NCBI GenBank assembly: GCA_020347565.1
Contig: CP070732.1
Span: 861,216 to 925,215 of the forward strand
DNA: 64,000 bases
Origin: Methanobacteriota archaeon
Lineage (GTDB): Archaea > Thermoplasmatota > Thermoplasmata > UBA10834
Direction of reading: 5' to 3'
The notes beneath the pieces are model-generated. The model was given only the letters and a program-made list of their open reading frames with translations. It searched no databases and was not told where the DNA came from. The translations under genes and the position numbers were made by a program. The first letter of the stretch is position 1. The number at the start of each line of letters is the position of its first letter. Positions 17,089 to 25,427 of this stretch are shown here, in pieces.

Positions 17089-18743
17089 GGGTGCTTGCAG
17101 CATCCGTTGGCAACTGCGTGCACGTCGCGGGGGTGCAGGCGTTCCTCGACGTGGCCCGGTCTTTCGGCTACGAGACCGTGTTCCTCGGCCCCGCCATGCC
17201 GATCGACAAGCTCACAGGGGCGATAAAGCAGCACGAGCCCGACCTGGTAGCGCTCAGCTACAGACTCAGCGAGGAGAGCGCCAAGGCCGTGTTCGAAGAC
17301 CTGAGGAAGGCGCTCGACAGCAACCCGGACATCGCCGGGAAGAGGTTCCTGTTCGGCGGGACACCGCCCGTCGCCCGACTTGCGCGCGAGTCGGGCATGT
17401 TCGAAGCGGCTTTCGACGGTAGCGAGCCCTTGGAGGTGACGATGGCCGTCCTCAGGGGCAGCGCGGCCGCCCAGGAGGACAGGGTCATGGGCGATACGCT
17501 GATGACACGTCTGCAGACGAACCATCCCTTCCCGCTCATCAGACATCACTTCGGTCAGCCGGACCTTCAGGAGACCATCGACGGCGTGCGGAGGCTGGCT
17601 GAGAGCGGCGCCCTTGACGTCATATCTATCGCCCCTGACCAGAACGCCCAGGAGTCGTTCTTCCGCCCAGACGAGATGGATTCCTCGCTCGCGGGTGCCG
17701 GAGGGGTGCCTCTGAGATCGCAGGACGACCTTGAGGCCCTGTACCAGGCCGCGCAGACGGGCAACAAGCCGTTGCTCAGGTGCTACAGCGGCACGAGGGA
17801 TCTCATCAAATGGGGTGGGATGCTCAAGGAGACCATCAAGGTCGCGTGGGGCGCCGTCCCACTGACATGGTACAGCGAACTGGACAGCAGGTCGAAGCGC
17901 CCGTTGCTGGATGCGATCAAGGAGAACCAGAAGGCCATCAGATGGTATGCGAAGAACGACATCCCGGTGGAAGTGAACGAGTCGCACCAGTGGGCCCTCA
18001 GGAGATCCGGCGACACAGTCGAGCTCGCGACCGCGTATCTTGCGGCGCACAACGCCAAAGCGCTTGGCGTGAGGAACTACGTGTGCCAGTTCATGTTCGA
18101 CACACCGAGGGGAATCTCGCCGGCTATGGACCTCGCGAAGATGTTCGCCAAGCTTGACCTCGTCGAGTCGCTCTCCGACGTCAACTTCAACGTCATCAGG
18201 ATGGTCCGTTCAGGACTGTCGTCATTGTCACCAAAGCCCAACCTCGCCAAGGGACAGCTCGCGGCGTCGATATACTCCGCAATGGCGCTCAAGCCACACA
18301 TAGTCCACGTCGTGGGCTACTCAGAGGCCGACCATGTCGCCACCGCCGACGAGATAGTGGAGAGCTGCGAGCTCGCCAACGGTGTCATCAGGAAGGCTCT
18401 GCTGGGGGTTCCGACGCCCGAGACCGACCCCGCTGTGGCGGAGCGAAAGGCCCAGCTCCTGGCGGATGCCCGGTTCCTGATCGAGGCCATCAAACGCCTC
18501 GAACAGGTGAACACCCACGACCCCCTCATAAGGCCGGAGGTCATCGCGACGGCGATAAAGGAGGGAATCCTGGACGCCCCTGACCTGAGGGGCAGCAGGG
18601 TTGCGAGGGGACGGATCACGACTGCGATGGTCAACGGGGCCTGTGTCCCCGTCGACAGCGCCACCGGCAGGGCGCTATCCGAGAAGGAGAGGATCGACGA
18701 GATAGCCATAAGCGAGAAGGACTTGGACCTGGCGGAGATATAG
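17085..18743 (+). CDS. Glutamate-mutase-like fusion protein: N-terminal GlmS-like B12-binding Rossmann domain (variant C-x-H-x-x-G motif) plus ~420-aa C-terminal domain (possibly GlmE-like TIM barrel)
   Basis: The N-terminus RVLAASVGNCVHVAGVQAF...LGPAMP...PDLVALSYRL...FLFGGTPP aligns to the GlmS sequence IVLGVIGSDCHAVGNKIL...SSLYG...LLYVGGN as I recall it. The remainder has weak, order-consistent resemblance to GlmE, also judged from my memory of that sequence. The start overlaps the opine-DH stop (ATGA). Confidence 0.45.
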   Translation: MRVLAASVGNCVHVAGVQAFLDVARSFGYETVFLGPAMPIDKLTGAIKQHEPDLVALSYRLSEESAKAVFEDLRKALDSNPDIAGKRFLFGGTPPVARLARESGMFEAAFDGSEPLEVTMAVLRGSAAAQEDRVMGDTLMTRLQTNHPFPLIRHHFGQPDLQETIDGVRRLAESGALDVISIAPDQNAQESFFRPDEMDSSLAGAGGVPLRSQDDLEALYQAAQTGNKPLLRCYSGTRDLIKWGGMLKETIKVAWGAVPLTWYSELDSRSKRPLLDAIKENQKAIRWYAKNDIPVEVNESHQWALRRSGDTVELATAYLAAHNAKALGVRNYVCQFMFDTPRGISPAMDLAKMFAKLDLVESLSDVNFNVIRMVRSGLSSLSPKPNLAKGQLAASIYSAMALKPHIVHVVGYSEADHVATADEIVESCELANGVIRKALLGVPTPETDPAVAERKAQLLADARFLIEAIKRLEQVNTHDPLIRPEVIATAIKEGILDAPDLRGSRVARGRITTAMVNGACVPVDSATGRALSEKERIDEIAISEKDLDLAEI

Positions 18744-18775
18744 AGCCGTGGTCGTCTGACGGAGTTGCAGCTGAG

Positions 18776-20248
18776 ATGGAAGGAATAGCCGGTACGTACG
18801 GACACGAAGACTGTGCCCTGGTAGGCAGAATGCTGAGGAAGCTGAGGCATCGCGGGCCGGGCAGGAAGAGGATCCACGCCGACGACGGCCTCGTGCTCGG
18901 CGCGCGGGCGGCGGTCACGGATTCGGCCGTGAGGAACACCCCGATGGCGGAGAGGGACGGCGTTGTCGTCGCCAGCGACTCGTACATATTCAACAGGCAG
19001 GCGCTCCGAACGGCGTTCGCCCCCGAGGCGAGTGCCGCCGCGTCCGATGCCGAGCTCCTTCTGGGCATGTACGAGGACCTCGGGACCGACATGTTCGGAT
19101 ACATCGACGGCGCCTATGCCGTCGCCATCGCGGACGGACGGAAGACCGTGCTGGCCAGGGACAGGTACGGCATCAAGCCGCTCTACCTCTCGGGCGGCGT
19201 GAGGAGGGGTACCTTCTCGTCCGAGATGAAGTCGCAGCTGCTCGCCAAGCAGGACTTCATACCGTTCCCGCCAGGCAAGGTCATGGTCAAGGGCAAGGGC
19301 GTGACGCCTGTGAGACAGAAGACGACCTACGTCGCCCGAGTGGCCGGTGACGCCGGCGCGAAGGCGCTGAGGTCGACGCTGATGGGGGCTACCCAGGCGG
19401 CTCTCGAGGACGGTGACAGGGCGAACATACTCCTGAGCGGAGGCGTGGACAGCAGCGCTATCGCTGCTGCGGCGTCCTGCCTTACGGACGACATCGACAC
19501 CGTGTGCGTCGCCTACGAGGGTGGGACCGACGCGGACATGGCTAGGAAGGTCTCCGAAGAGCTGGGAACGGACCACAGGGAGAGGGAGTACGAGGAGGAC
19601 GAGATGCTCGACCTGCTGGACGAGGTCGTCTACTCGGCCGAGACTTTCGACTACCCGCTGGTGAGGAGCTGCATACCAAACTACATAGCAACCCACTCGT
19701 TCCCCGATAGGGACAGGATAACGCTGTGCGGCGAGGGGGGCGACGAAGTGTTCGCAGGGTACGACTACATGCGGGAGATCGCTGACGATGGCCGGCTGCG
19801 CCGCGAGAGGAAGCTCCTGCTCCGCGCAGGCCACCTGACCGGCTTCCACAGGGTCGACAGGATGACGTCGTCGGCGTCGCTCGACGGCAGGATGCCGATT
19901 ATGAGCAGGTCCGTCGTCGACCTAGGCCTTGGAATGAGCAGGAGCGCAATCCTCGGGAGTGACATCAGCGAGAGCAAGCTGGCGCTGAGGAAGGCGTTCG
20001 CCGACATGCTGCCCGATGAGGTCGTCACGAGGGAGAAGAAGCGCTTCAGCGACGGTGCGGGCTCCCTCACAGCGCTCGTCAGGAGGGCAGAGAGCTTGAT
20101 ATCGGACGCCGAGTTCGACAGGGAGCGCACGGCGTTGCCTGGGGACAGGATACGTACGAAGGAAGAGCTTCTGTATTACAGGACCTTCGCTAAGCACTTC
20201 GACTCGCCGAGCGCGACCAGAGCCGTTGGCTTCACGCCGAGGCCTTGA
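18776..20248 (+). CDS. Asparagine synthetase (AsnB)-family protein with degenerate N-terminal glutaminase domain (Cys2 replaced by Glu)
   Basis: The N-terminus is MEGIAG...LRHRGPG..., against canonical MCGI(A/F)G...HRGPD. The PP-loop ILLSGGVDSS is intact. Length is 490 aa. Confidence 0.75.
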   Translation: MEGIAGTYGHEDCALVGRMLRKLRHRGPGRKRIHADDGLVLGARAAVTDSAVRNTPMAERDGVVVASDSYIFNRQALRTAFAPEASAAASDAELLLGMYEDLGTDMFGYIDGAYAVAIADGRKTVLARDRYGIKPLYLSGGVRRGTFSSEMKSQLLAKQDFIPFPPGKVMVKGKGVTPVRQKTTYVARVAGDAGAKALRSTLMGATQAALEDGDRANILLSGGVDSSAIAAAASCLTDDIDTVCVAYEGGTDADMARKVSEELGTDHREREYEEDEMLDLLDEVVYSAETFDYPLVRSCIPNYIATHSFPDRDRITLCGEGGDEVFAGYDYMREIADDGRLRRERKLLLRAGHLTGFHRVDRMTSSASLDGRMPIMSRSVVDLGLGMSRSAILGSDISESKLALRKAFADMLPDEVVTREKKRFSDGAGSLTALVRRAESLISDAEFDRERTALPGDRIRTKEELLYYRTFAKHFDSPSATRAVGFTPRP

Positions 20249-20336
20249 GCTGCGTCGTCGGCCGCGCAGCCGGGGCCGTCGTCGATAGCTAGATGAAGGG
20301 GGTCGCGGATTCGGGCACGGCCGAGAGGGCGGACCG

Positions 20337-21257
20337 TTGAAGATATCGAAGAACGTCGCTTATGTCCTGATGGGGCTGGCGGCGCTTGCATGGGCTACGT
20401 CGGGCACGCTCACCGTGCTCGCCATAGACGAAGGGGCGACGGCGAACGTCATAGCCCTGTACTCGGAGATATTCAGCGTTGCCATGTTCTTCACCGCAAT
20501 ACTAATCATAGACCGACGCGCCTTCATGATTCGCCGGGCGGACTTCATCCCGTTCCTGCTGTTCAGCACGGTGACGGGGGCGCTTTTCTCGGTGGCATGG
20601 TACCACTGCATCGACCTCACTTCGGTGACTACCGCTGTTGTACTGCTGTGCTCGTATCCTAGCATAGTCACAGTGGCCTCGATATTCCTCCTCGGTGAGA
20701 GGATGACTGCCGCGAAGGCGGTTGCTCTGCCGACGACGTTCATCGGATGCGTCTTCGTTGCCGAGGCTTACGACGTCGAGGCGATTCGTGTCAACGCGCT
20801 CGGTATCGCGCTCGGCGTCTTCACCGCGTTCTGCGCCGCCGCGTACTACATCTGGGGCAAGAAGTTCCTGAAGCTGTACTCGCCGTATACCGTCGCGCTG
20901 TACTTCTCCGGCCTCATGCTGCCCGCGCTGGTGATACTGACCAACCCTGCGAAGTCGCTCCTCCCCAGCCTGTCGCCAACCGCCTGGCTGATCGTATTCC
21001 TCATAGGGCTCATACCCTGCACTGTCGGGTTCTTCATATCGATGGTCGCCCTTAAGCGCATAGAGGCCAGCAAGGCCAGCATCGTGGCCAGTCTAGAGCC
21101 GGTGATGGCTGTCGCGCTGGCGGTCATCATAGTGTCCGAGGCGGTCGGCGGGCTCCAGATGGTCGGTGTCGCGCTCGTCATCGTGGGCATACTGACCCTG
21201 CGCTTGGTGAGACGAGAGGATGAGGACGCCCCGGTCGAGGCGCCGGCGAAGAGATAA
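20337..21257 (+). CDS. EamA/DMT-superfamily transporter (10 predicted TM helices)
   Basis: The protein has two EamA-type repeats of hydrophobic helices. A TTG start has GAGAGGG 9 nt upstream. An alternative ATG lies at 20370. Confidence 0.75.
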   Translation: MKISKNVAYVLMGLAALAWATSGTLTVLAIDEGATANVIALYSEIFSVAMFFTAILIIDRRAFMIRRADFIPFLLFSTVTGALFSVAWYHCIDLTSVTTAVVLLCSYPSIVTVASIFLLGERMTAAKAVALPTTFIGCVFVAEAYDVEAIRVNALGIALGVFTAFCAAAYYIWGKKFLKLYSPYTVALYFSGLMLPALVILTNPAKSLLPSLSPTAWLIVFLIGLIPCTVGFFISMVALKRIEASKASIVASLEPVMAVALAVIIVSEAVGGLQMVGVALVIVGILTLRLVRREDEDAPVEAPAKR

Positions 21258-21330
21258 TCTCTTCGACGCGTCGGAAGGGTGGAAGGCAAACGGCATATAC
21301 GCATGCCGGCATCAGGTCAAGCAGAGTTCG

Positions 21331-22083
21331 ATGATCGTCACGCGCGTGCCTAGCGGCATTCCGGGCCTGGACACGGCGCTCCAGGGAGGCATACCCGTCA
21401 ACTCCGCACTGGCCCTCAGGGGCGAGGCGTCGAACTACTGCGAGGCTTTTCAGCAGCAGTTCGTGGTTGAGGGGCTGAAGCACGGTTCTCCAGCGATATA
21501 CTGCTGCACTTCCCGCCCGGTCGCGACCATAATAAGGAGCATGAGGCACCAAGGGTTCGACGTCAAGGAGTACATCGTCAACGACGAGCTGGTCTTCCTC
21601 GACTGCTACTCCGCCCACAAGCGAACTTCGGTCGCGGGCGTCGACAGCGACGTTCAGAGGAAGATAATAACCGTCTCGGACGCCGACGACGAGAAGATGC
21701 TCCAGAACGGTCTCGCCACGGCCGTCGAGAGGGTGCCAAACATCAAGGGCGTCAGGGCGGTGTGCGAGAACGTTCCAGGATCGCTCACGAATAAATCGCC
21801 GACCGAGATGATGAGATGGGGCAGGAGATCGTTCGGCGACCTGCGCGCCTTCCAGACGATCGTGCTCCACACGTTCCCCCACGGCGTACGCGAGGAGCTG
21901 TTCACGATGATGGCTTCCGACTTCGACGGCCTGTTCGAGCTCAAGGCGGAGAGAGGGCTCGATCGCGTGAGGTACTACCTCAGCATACCGAAAATGAGGA
22001 TGACCGTTCTGCCGCCTAAGATGCACGAACTCGACATCAACAACGGCGTCGTCACGCTGAAGACGATACAGAAGATCACATGA
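21331..22083 (+). CDS. KaiC/RecA-superfamily-like protein with degenerate Walker A (pseudo-ATPase)
   Basis: The N-terminus has the VPSGIPGLDTALQGGIPVNSALALRGEASNYCEAF motif. The KaiC-type GIPGLD..L.GG.P motif is kept, but the P-loop GxxGxGK(T/S) is replaced by RGEASNY. Confidence 0.5.
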   Translation: MIVTRVPSGIPGLDTALQGGIPVNSALALRGEASNYCEAFQQQFVVEGLKHGSPAIYCCTSRPVATIIRSMRHQGFDVKEYIVNDELVFLDCYSAHKRTSVAGVDSDVQRKIITVSDADDEKMLQNGLATAVERVPNIKGVRAVCENVPGSLTNKSPTEMMRWGRRSFGDLRAFQTIVLHTFPHGVREELFTMMASDFDGLFELKAERGLDRVRYYLSIPKMRMTVLPPKMHELDINNGVVTLKTIQKIT

Positions 22084-22091
22084 TGCGGCGG

Positions 22092-22457
22092 TCACTGCAG
22101 ATCGTTCAGCCAGTGGGCCACGAGCTCCTCGAAATCGTCCATCGAGACGGGCACGAGGTCGCCTGACACGTACTCGTCTACCGGGACCGAGTAGCTGAGC
22201 TGGGTGCCGTTCCTGAGGACCTTGATCATCATGTTGCCGTCGTACTCCTTGCATCTGATTCTCAGCTGCGTGCCATCCTTGAGCTCGTGCTGCATTTCGT
22301 AGTGCCCGTCGACCTTGTCGAGCCTGTGGGAGTCGATGAGGAACTTGATCGATATCGTCCTCGCGCCGTGGACCTTGACCAGGACCAGGCTCAAGGTAAT
22401 CACGAGTATCATGTCGCGGTCGATCGGCAATCCTGCCTCAGGAGACCCGGACTCCAT
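22092..22457 (-). CDS. Hypothetical small protein (beta-rich, 121 aa)
   Basis: The ORF has high GC3 codon usage typical of the genome. No recognisable motif was found. The start could be the ATG at 22412. Confidence 0.4.
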   Translation of the reverse strand: MESGSPEAGLPIDRDMILVITLSLVLVKVHGARTISIKFLIDSHRLDKVDGHYEMQHELKDGTQLRIRCKEYDGNMMIKVLRNGTQLSYSVPVDEYVSGDLVPVSMDDFEELVAHWLNDLQ

Positions 22458-22544
22458 CCATTCATCCTCAGCTGTCCGGCGATTATGTAGCTGGACTCCT
22501 TTAATTCTTTCTGGGTTAGAGCGTCGTCGGACACCTCCTCAGGC

Positions 22545-23063
22545 CTATCCGAACAATTCAACCTCGAACAGCTCGAACAACGAGAATATGAGTATCGCCC
22601 TGGTGATGCCAGCGAGGATGTTCACTACCACGAACCAGTGAACCTTCATGAGCTCGCCCTCCTTGTTGAGGATGGAGAAGATGTACAGCGGGATCGTGTC
22701 GACCATCCCGGGGATGGACATGATCGCGTACATCGCGACGTAGCCGTACTTCCTGATGAGCACATCGCTCTTCCTCAGGAGCCACTGGTACCAACGCCAT
22801 TTATGGGCATACCTGCCGACGGTCTCGTCGATTTTTCTGCCGAAGAAGAACACCGCGAGGGCGCCCGTGCCCTTCCCGAGGCCCATGACGACCGCCTTCA
22901 CTCCTATGTGTATGCCAGGATTGGCGACCAGTGCGATCTCCACTGGTATCGGGAGGAACACGGCGGCGGCGACGCAGAAGACGTAGAATATCAGGAGGTA
23001 AGTGAGCGGGTCGGCCTGGTTCGCCTCCAGGAACTCCATAAGTTGGCCTAGATAGTCCGTCAT
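22545..23063 (-). CDS. DedA/VTT-domain (TVP38/SNARE-associated) membrane protein
   Basis: Four to five hydrophobic helices are predicted. The motif ...GKGTGALAVFFFGRK... and the ...RKYGYVAMYAIMSIPGMVDTIPLYIFSIL region are typical of the DedA family. Confidence 0.6.
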   Translation of the reverse strand: MTDYLGQLMEFLEANQADPLTYLLIFYVFCVAAAVFLPIPVEIALVANPGIHIGVKAVVMGLGKGTGALAVFFFGRKIDETVGRYAHKWRWYQWLLRKSDVLIRKYGYVAMYAIMSIPGMVDTIPLYIFSILNKEGELMKVHWFVVVNILAGITRAILIFSLFELFEVELFG

Positions 23064-23236
23064 AGATATGTCACGGCAAACACCTTGGCTTACTTCTATG
23101 TTGCTGTGGAAACCCATCTTCGTGCGATGCCCGTGACAGGCGCTTTACGGGCTAGGCCAGAAAAATAAAAGACCGGGTGAATAAATGCCAAATGTATATA
23201 TGCACGTAACATCATCACCATGACTGGGATGTACCA

Positions 23237-23842
23237 ATGGCCAAGGCCGAGAGCAAAGATGCTGATTGGTTCGCTGCGCTCGACGAAGAGCTCGAGAAGA
23301 AGACCCTGGAGGTCACGGACAACACCGTCGAGCAGAACACGCAGAAGGTCGCAGTCAACAGGAGCCTCTTGGAGGACTTCTTCAGGATATGGTCCAGGTT
23401 CAACAAGATCAACGTTCACTACAGCATGGCACCCGAGAACTCGACATTCGCCCAGTTCGTGGTGTACCCCGAGGAATGGAACTTCAAGCCCGACTTCGAC
23501 TTCCTTGGCGTGGACAACGTCGCCCTCACGGACAGGACACAGGGGAGGGTCGGCGACTCCATCAAGGCGTGGTACTACAGTATCGACAGCAAGATGCACA
23601 TAAGGATGGTGTTCGAGTACTGCGAGGGGGAGCACTATTACAAGTATGCCGGTTGGAAGAGGATCTTCAGCCAGTACGTGCTGCTAGATGTGCCCGTCGG
23701 CAAGTTCGACCTCAAGAAGTACCATGAGATGCTCGCCAACACGGTGAAGGTGTGGTACGAGTCGCATCTGAGGAAGGACAGGGACATCATACTCAAGCAC
23801 ATACGGGACAAGTACGAAAAGGGCGAGACTTTCACGCAGTAG
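23237..23842 (+). CDS. Hypothetical protein (201 aa)
   Basis: The ORF has genome-typical codon usage. An AT-rich 'aaatgtatatatgcac' TATA box lies ~45 nt upstream. No motif was recognised. Confidence 0.45.
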   Translation: MAKAESKDADWFAALDEELEKKTLEVTDNTVEQNTQKVAVNRSLLEDFFRIWSRFNKINVHYSMAPENSTFAQFVVYPEEWNFKPDFDFLGVDNVALTDRTQGRVGDSIKAWYYSIDSKMHIRMVFEYCEGEHYYKYAGWKRIFSQYVLLDVPVGKFDLKKYHEMLANTVKVWYESHLRKDRDIILKHIRDKYEKGETFTQ

Positions 23843-23879
23843 CGTTCCCCCGTGTTCAGCATCTGCCAATTCCATTCGC

Positions 23880-24518
23880 TCAGCCGCGGGCCCCCTTGAT
23901 CAGCGTCCTGGACACCACACCGCCCACCACGGTCAGGTCCTCCGTGGGCAGTATCTTCGCAGCGCTCGCGTCGTACAGAATGCTCGCTGAGGCAGACACC
24001 TCGGAGTCACCGAGCCAGAGTATCACGGCCACTGGCAGCCTGTCGAAGAAACGGACCTTCACGCCGACTGTACCCACCTCCAACGGTTCAGCGTTCAGCT
24101 TGGCCGCCACACGCCTCAGGCGCTCCGGGCTGAGCCCGAACTCCTCGACCAGTGGGTCAATGGTCCTCGCCTTGAAGGCCGGGTAATACAGCGCCCCGCC
24201 TGACAGCTCGCGGAAGGAGATGAGGCGGTCGGTCAGCTGCGTCTTGGTCGCCCCGGCGAGGTAGTGCAGTATCAACACCTGAAGGAACCTGGGGACCTCG
24301 GGGCCACCCAAATCGCTGTACGTGACCGCCTTCCCGCTCAGGTCAACGAAGCACTCGTCGTTGAGCATGGCAAGGCGGAGAACTGAAGGTCTGCCGTCGA
24401 CGACCGCGCCGAGGTCCTCTGCCAGCTGCCGAGGGTCCAGTTCTTCCAGGGCGGCCCACGCGAGCTCAAGCGCGTCCGTCAAGGGCGCCTTTCTGCCCGA
24501 TCCGACCCGCACCGTCAT
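23880..24518 (-). CDS. Conserved hypothetical protein co-transcribed with acsE (possibly DUF3786-family, acs-cluster associated)
   Basis: The 212-aa protein has a start that overlaps the acsE stop (ATGA). The family assignment comes from my recollection that DUF3786 genes accompany acs operons. It was not verified. Confidence 0.45.
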   Translation of the reverse strand: MTVRVGSGRKAPLTDALELAWAALEELDPRQLAEDLGAVVDGRPSVLRLAMLNDECFVDLSGKAVTYSDLGGPEVPRFLQVLILHYLAGATKTQLTDRLISFRELSGGALYYPAFKARTIDPLVEEFGLSPERLRRVAAKLNAEPLEVGTVGVKVRFFDRLPVAVILWLGDSEVSASASILYDASAAKILPTEDLTVVGGVVSRTLIKGARG

Positions 24519-25291
24519 GCCCTCAGGAACGAAGGCGCGTAGAGCTTCCTGTTGAGGAGCACCTCCGCCGCCTTCACCACCTTCATGAGCTCGGCGTCGT
24601 TAGGGTCCACGATCGCCGCATCTAGGCCCCTCCCGAGCAGCATGGCGAGATATGTCCGGTTCAGCAGCGACCGCTCCTCCGCGCCGCTCGAGACGTTGCT
24701 GAGACCGACTACAGTCTTGGGCGACGGGTCGTTGAGCGTTCTGAAGGATGTTATCGCGTCGCATACGTCGGGGCACTGGCTCTGGGCGGCCGATATCGGC
24801 AGCACAACCGGGTCGAGGTACACCTTCTCCGGAGGTATGCCCTGGTCCATGGCCGTCGCGAGCAACAACATGGCAATCTCCGTACGCCCCTCCGCGGAGT
24901 TCGGTATGCCCTTCTCATCGATGGTGAGACAGACTATCTCGGCGTTATGCTCCTTCGCCAGTGGGAAGAACTTCTCCATGCGCTTCTGCTCTGCCGTGGT
25001 CGAGTTGATCAGGGGCTCGCGGTTGCACGCAGACAGCCCGGCCGTCTGCGTCTTGAGCCCGGGTGAGTCTATGCAAAGCTTGACGTCGGCCACGTCCTGG
25101 ATCGTCTTGACGAGCCACGCGATGGCCTCCTGGGCGTCGTCCCTTCCCGGACCGGTGTTGACGTCCAGCACGTCCGCGCCGCCCTCGATTTGCTCGTTCG
25201 CAAGTCCCTGGATGTACTTCTCGTCGCGATCGTCTATGGCCTTCGCGACCTGTGGGAACTGACCGTTGATCCTCTCGCCTATCACTATCAT
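24515..25291 (-). CDS. acsE: Methyltetrahydrofolate:corrinoid/iron-sulfur protein Co-methyltransferase (pterin-binding, DHPS-like)
   Basis: The protein reads MIVIGERINGQF...GADVLDVN...LCIDSP...INSTTAEQ...FPLAKEH...DPVVLPISAAQ...VGLSNVS...RTYLAMLLGRGLDAAIVDP. This is co-linear with Moorella AcsE (MLIIGERINGMF...LDLNVG...LCLDST...NSTNAERE...). Length is 258 aa. Confidence 0.9.
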   Translation of the reverse strand: MIVIGERINGQFPQVAKAIDDRDEKYIQGLANEQIEGGADVLDVNTGPGRDDAQEAIAWLVKTIQDVADVKLCIDSPGLKTQTAGLSACNREPLINSTTAEQKRMEKFFPLAKEHNAEIVCLTIDEKGIPNSAEGRTEIAMLLLATAMDQGIPPEKVYLDPVVLPISAAQSQCPDVCDAITSFRTLNDPSPKTVVGLSNVSSGAEERSLLNRTYLAMLLGRGLDAAIVDPNDAELMKVVKAAEVLLNRKLYAPSFLRA

Positions 25292-25427
25292 CTCTCAACC
25301 CCCGCCAATGGTTGTTTGAAGGCCATACACCGTTAGTCTGATATCAATCATTCGGCTCTCCGCGAAGCGCCTGGGACAGCACAACAGTTAATACCGATGC
25401 TAATCGATTGCTGGACGCTGGTCTCGG

